From Bugula neritina (Eukaryota; Animalia; Bryozoa): a stretch of DNA of 64,000 bases. The stretch covers positions 4,493,751 through 4,557,750 of the forward strand of contig OZ037773.1 of the NCBI GenBank assembly GCA_964035545.1, given 5' to 3'. How positions within the stretch are numbered: position 1 is the first letter of the stretch; every line of letters begins with the position of its first letter. Of this stretch, positions 60,101 through 64,000 are shown in pieces. The notes beneath the pieces are model-generated. The model ran no database searches, had not been told where the DNA came from, and saw only the letters and a program-made list of their open reading frames with translations. The position numbers were made by a program, and so were the translations under genes.

Positions 60101-61667
60101 ATGTGGCTTAAAAGAAACCTCAAGGTAATGTAGTCAGGCTTGGTAGAGGACTCTGGCCCTAGCTTTAAATTGAAAACCCTTAAACCATCGGGTGTTTTTA
60201 CAGCGACCTCAACTTTGAGCTTTGTATTATGAGTTTAGAAAATTAGTATCTGGTGAAAAGACGCCTAAGCAACTGTAAAAGTATTTAAAAGCCGCAAATC
60301 AAATATTAAAAAACAATTGAGTATTTAGCAACAAGGAGAAGGCTGAATAAGCAAATTATATAATGAGATAATTTGCTGAAGAAGCCACGCCTAGAAAACT
60401 AGTAAAACATTTCTAATTATAGGATGCATTGGCCTATATCTGCTTCCAATATTAAAACAACCAACATGGTAATTTATTTAGACACATATAAGTTCTTTTA
60501 CCAATTAAAAACAGAAACTTATATCATATTTGCAGTTGCATTTTTTGCAGCAGCCGTTTCAAATGGCTGGTATTTTACATAAATTACATCTAAAAAATAG
60601 TTTTTAAATAATTTACAAGATATTATATATTCCGGAGTTATGCATGGTATTGAGTTTGTCATCTGGCTATCGTATTCTGATATTCAAGTATGAAGGTGCA
60701 TTAATTACAATATAAAAGATTTTTTATCAGCGGTAGTCAATGATTAGTAAATCTTGGCAATCTCTGATCATAATGAGTCTACTAGCATTAATCATGCAGC
60801 GTCCAGTGAGTACTTGTAATAATGGCTTCAAAAAATAATTAAAAATTATCCTAACAAACCTTCATTATGTGACATATTAGGCGCATTCTATCATGCTAGA
60901 TAATACTTTAGTTGTGAAAATTATACCACTTTTAGTTAAACCATGAGAAGTGACAGTTACATCAATCACTATAGCAGGTTAATCAAAATAACTGGCGCAT
61001 TACTTTATAATTATTTTATATCCATTAAGCTTACATAAAAATTTGCACTGCATATTTTAAAGTAGGATCAGGTTATGCTAGGGAAAGACGACTAAAATCC
61101 ATTATCATATAGATAATTTACCTAGTATACACATCGGAATGGAAGACAGATTTATCTCCTCATTATTCTAGTTTGTATATTTCTAATGTATTTTAGTTAA
61201 AACATTGATTCATAAATCACAGGTGTTTAATGTTCAGCAAATCTTTTTGTAATATTTCATTCTAATGCATGTAATAGTCTTATAGTGAGGTGTTGTCCAC
61301 TGTATCAGTAACAATCAAGCTGCATGGTGTGTTACAAAAAATTGCAACTGTATAAGACTTCAGGATGAAATATATGTAAAGAATTCAGAGCAAAAATGAT
61401 AATGAGAAACATAATTACTTTAGGTTGTATTAAAATTCCACATGCTTTATTAAAACAAAACATTTGGTTATCTCAAAGACATTTGTTTTATTCGGATTTA
61501 GTGGTTACATATAATTATACGTACGATATATATTCAGAATTATTAAAACACAACAATTTCAGAAATTCAAACTTAATTAAATTACAGAGCTTTAAGAAAG
61601 GATTAACAGGGTGAAAATCCATGAAGGTCGTTTCCAGGTCAAAGGTTAACAGCTGAGAAAGTTGACT

Positions 61668-62166
61668 TTATTTCCCATGATATTTGAGGCATTTACAAGA
61701 GGAACCAGAACACTTATATGAAGAATATCCTTTTCCTTTACAGTACTTCTTGCATTTACTTGGATATTTGGGGCAACCATAGCTAGCCTCCGCTACTGAA
61801 GCTATTGAAAATTATTAACATGGTAAGGTAATTCCAATATTTTTACACTGCCTTTATAATATTATATATTGTTTTTTCTGTATAAGACTAATTTATATGC
61901 AACCGCATCAGTGCAATAAATATAAATGAAATAAAATATGTAAACAAAATATATGATATAAAGGAAGGAAAAAGACTTAAACTTTGAAGACATTTGAGTT
62001 ATAATAATATTTTAATTATATTTTATTATTTATACAAAACTTGTGTACCTACGTTGGATATAATTCAATAAAGTGTATTTCGCTCACACAATATTCAATA
62101 AACATTTTACTTACCCAGTGCCATGATGACTAGCATGGCAATCACAAACACAGCAATGACCTTCAT
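61668..62166 (-). CDS. CSalpha/beta defensin-like peptide, copy 11 (exons 62166-62115, 61801-61668)
   Basis: Intact; mature GYSS type. Confidence 0.9.
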
Positions 62167-63268
62167 ATTGATGTTGGTTCTATAAACAAATGACATATTG
62201 TAATGCAGCTCCATTGAGTGACATAGTTTTAAAACACAACAATTCTGCAAATAGAAAATGCATTATTCAAGATACTTAAAAAGAACTTGTAATAACATGA
62301 CAGCAGCATTCACTTGTAAAACAAACAATATACTAATAATTTATAAGACTTATCATTTTCTAGGTGAAATGGTAAAATACTTATTGGTAAATGCAGGTTG
62401 ATAACATGGATTATTAAGTTATTTTTATTAAGGTACATATGTAAGTATCAATGCATGTTATGGAAACTCAAAAATTTTACTTTTTGCATTTTTCAGTGTG
62501 TGTAAGGTTTAACATAATATCTTGCGTTCAATTCTTAGCAAAATTATCAAAATTTCAATAGCACAATTAGCAAAAAGAATATTGATAAATTGACAGTATT
62601 AAAATTGCTAAGGTAAATAGAATGCATGCTCAATGTTATTTGTTATGCATTTTTTTTATAGAATGTTTGATATTTGATTTGAAAAGTTGACACAAAACAA
62701 ACCATAATTTTGGTTAAGGGTTGTTGGGTTTTTAAACTATTTTAAATTACAAATACTTTTGAGTTCTGTAATATCTGGTAGCATATACATAATATGAATA
62801 AGAAAAAGTTAAACACTGCAATGGTGTTTCAACTTATAAACTATGCTACAAGTTTATATTACCCTAACTGTTAGCTACAGATTTTCTAAAACATTTTTTA
62901 AAACAAATGCTCTTTAAAACTTTAAAACAAATTTCTTTCATGCAATTTTTTTTATTTTTTTTTATAAAAAAAAATATAAAATAAAAAAAAATAAAAAATA
63001 TTTTATTAAAAAGCTAGTAATTTTATGAGTGTTTTCTTTTCCACTTGAAAAAACTTTTTTCACTTAGTTTGATATCTAAAGTTTTCATGTTTTGGTAGAA
63101 AGAGTAGACAGTCATATAATTGCTTTTTAGCTTAGTTAAAGAATTTAGCAAATGTATTATATTGTATTAGGCAGTATTTAATTATTTAAACTTTTGTCAA
63201 AATTTGTAATTGTATATACATGTAAAAGATTTTATTAATAAATATATGTTTATAATAATTAAACGTAC

Positions 63269-63338
63269 CTGTAATACTTTACAAAAGTCTGATATTAAAC
63301 AATATGGTAGTAAGAATGCATCTCAAAGCCTTTATATA
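63269..63338 (-). promoter_or_regulatory. TATA box and putative non-coding exon 1 of copy 11
   Basis: Same motif spacing. Confidence 0.6.
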
Positions 63339-63714
63339 CCATTTCAAGCGAAATACTCGAACTTGAAACATTGCGTAGCTTTGAGATGATTGGCTAATAA
63401 ATATCCATATCTGCAAGCAATAGTGAGTAATTTGCTTACGAAATATTTTATTTATAAAAAACATTTTCTGTTATTGATTTTAAGGTTTGTGATCAGACTA
63501 TATTATTCTTATTGTCGAAGGAAACATACCGGCGCTGAATAATTAATATTAATATTTGGGTATGTAAAGGTTTCTCAAATATTTGCACATTTGATTAATT
63601 TATTTGCTAAAACCATGAAACATAAGTTTTTTATATTCTTATGGTGTGGCCATTGAACATTATTATGTGCTGACAAGGGGACAAATTCTAAAACAGCTGC
63701 TGTACACACAGAGT

Positions 63715-64000
<286 letters not shown>

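Overview
AT-rich eukaryotic (invertebrate-like; species not determinable from sequence alone) genomic window. It is dominated by an 11-copy array of a small spliced gene that the ORF track misses. Each copy has a TATA promoter, a short non-coding exon 1, a signal-peptide exon and a mature-peptide exon. Together they encode a 61-aa secreted precursor of a 38-aa, Lys-rich, six-cysteine CSalpha/beta defensin-like peptide (consensus SYGCPKYPSKCKKYCKGKGYSSYKCSGSSCKCLKYHGK). All 11 copies have intact frames and splice sites. Orientations are + + - + - + - + - - -, so the centre forms alternating head-to-head and tail-to-tail palindromes. One copy (10027-10491) is strongly diverged, almost only by amino-acid-changing substitutions. 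The duplicated units also carry (TA)n/(CA)n microsatellites upstream of every promoter, decayed F-type-lectin and possibly CUB-like exon remnants, and a tRNA-derived SINE head (inner copies only). Mobile DNA: a solo LTR with 5-bp TSD and verifiable empty sites, a second solo LTR, a TIR element, an RTE LINE 3' fragment, a young Penelope-like element with inverted pseudo-LTRs, and three minimal type-I hammerhead ribozymes.
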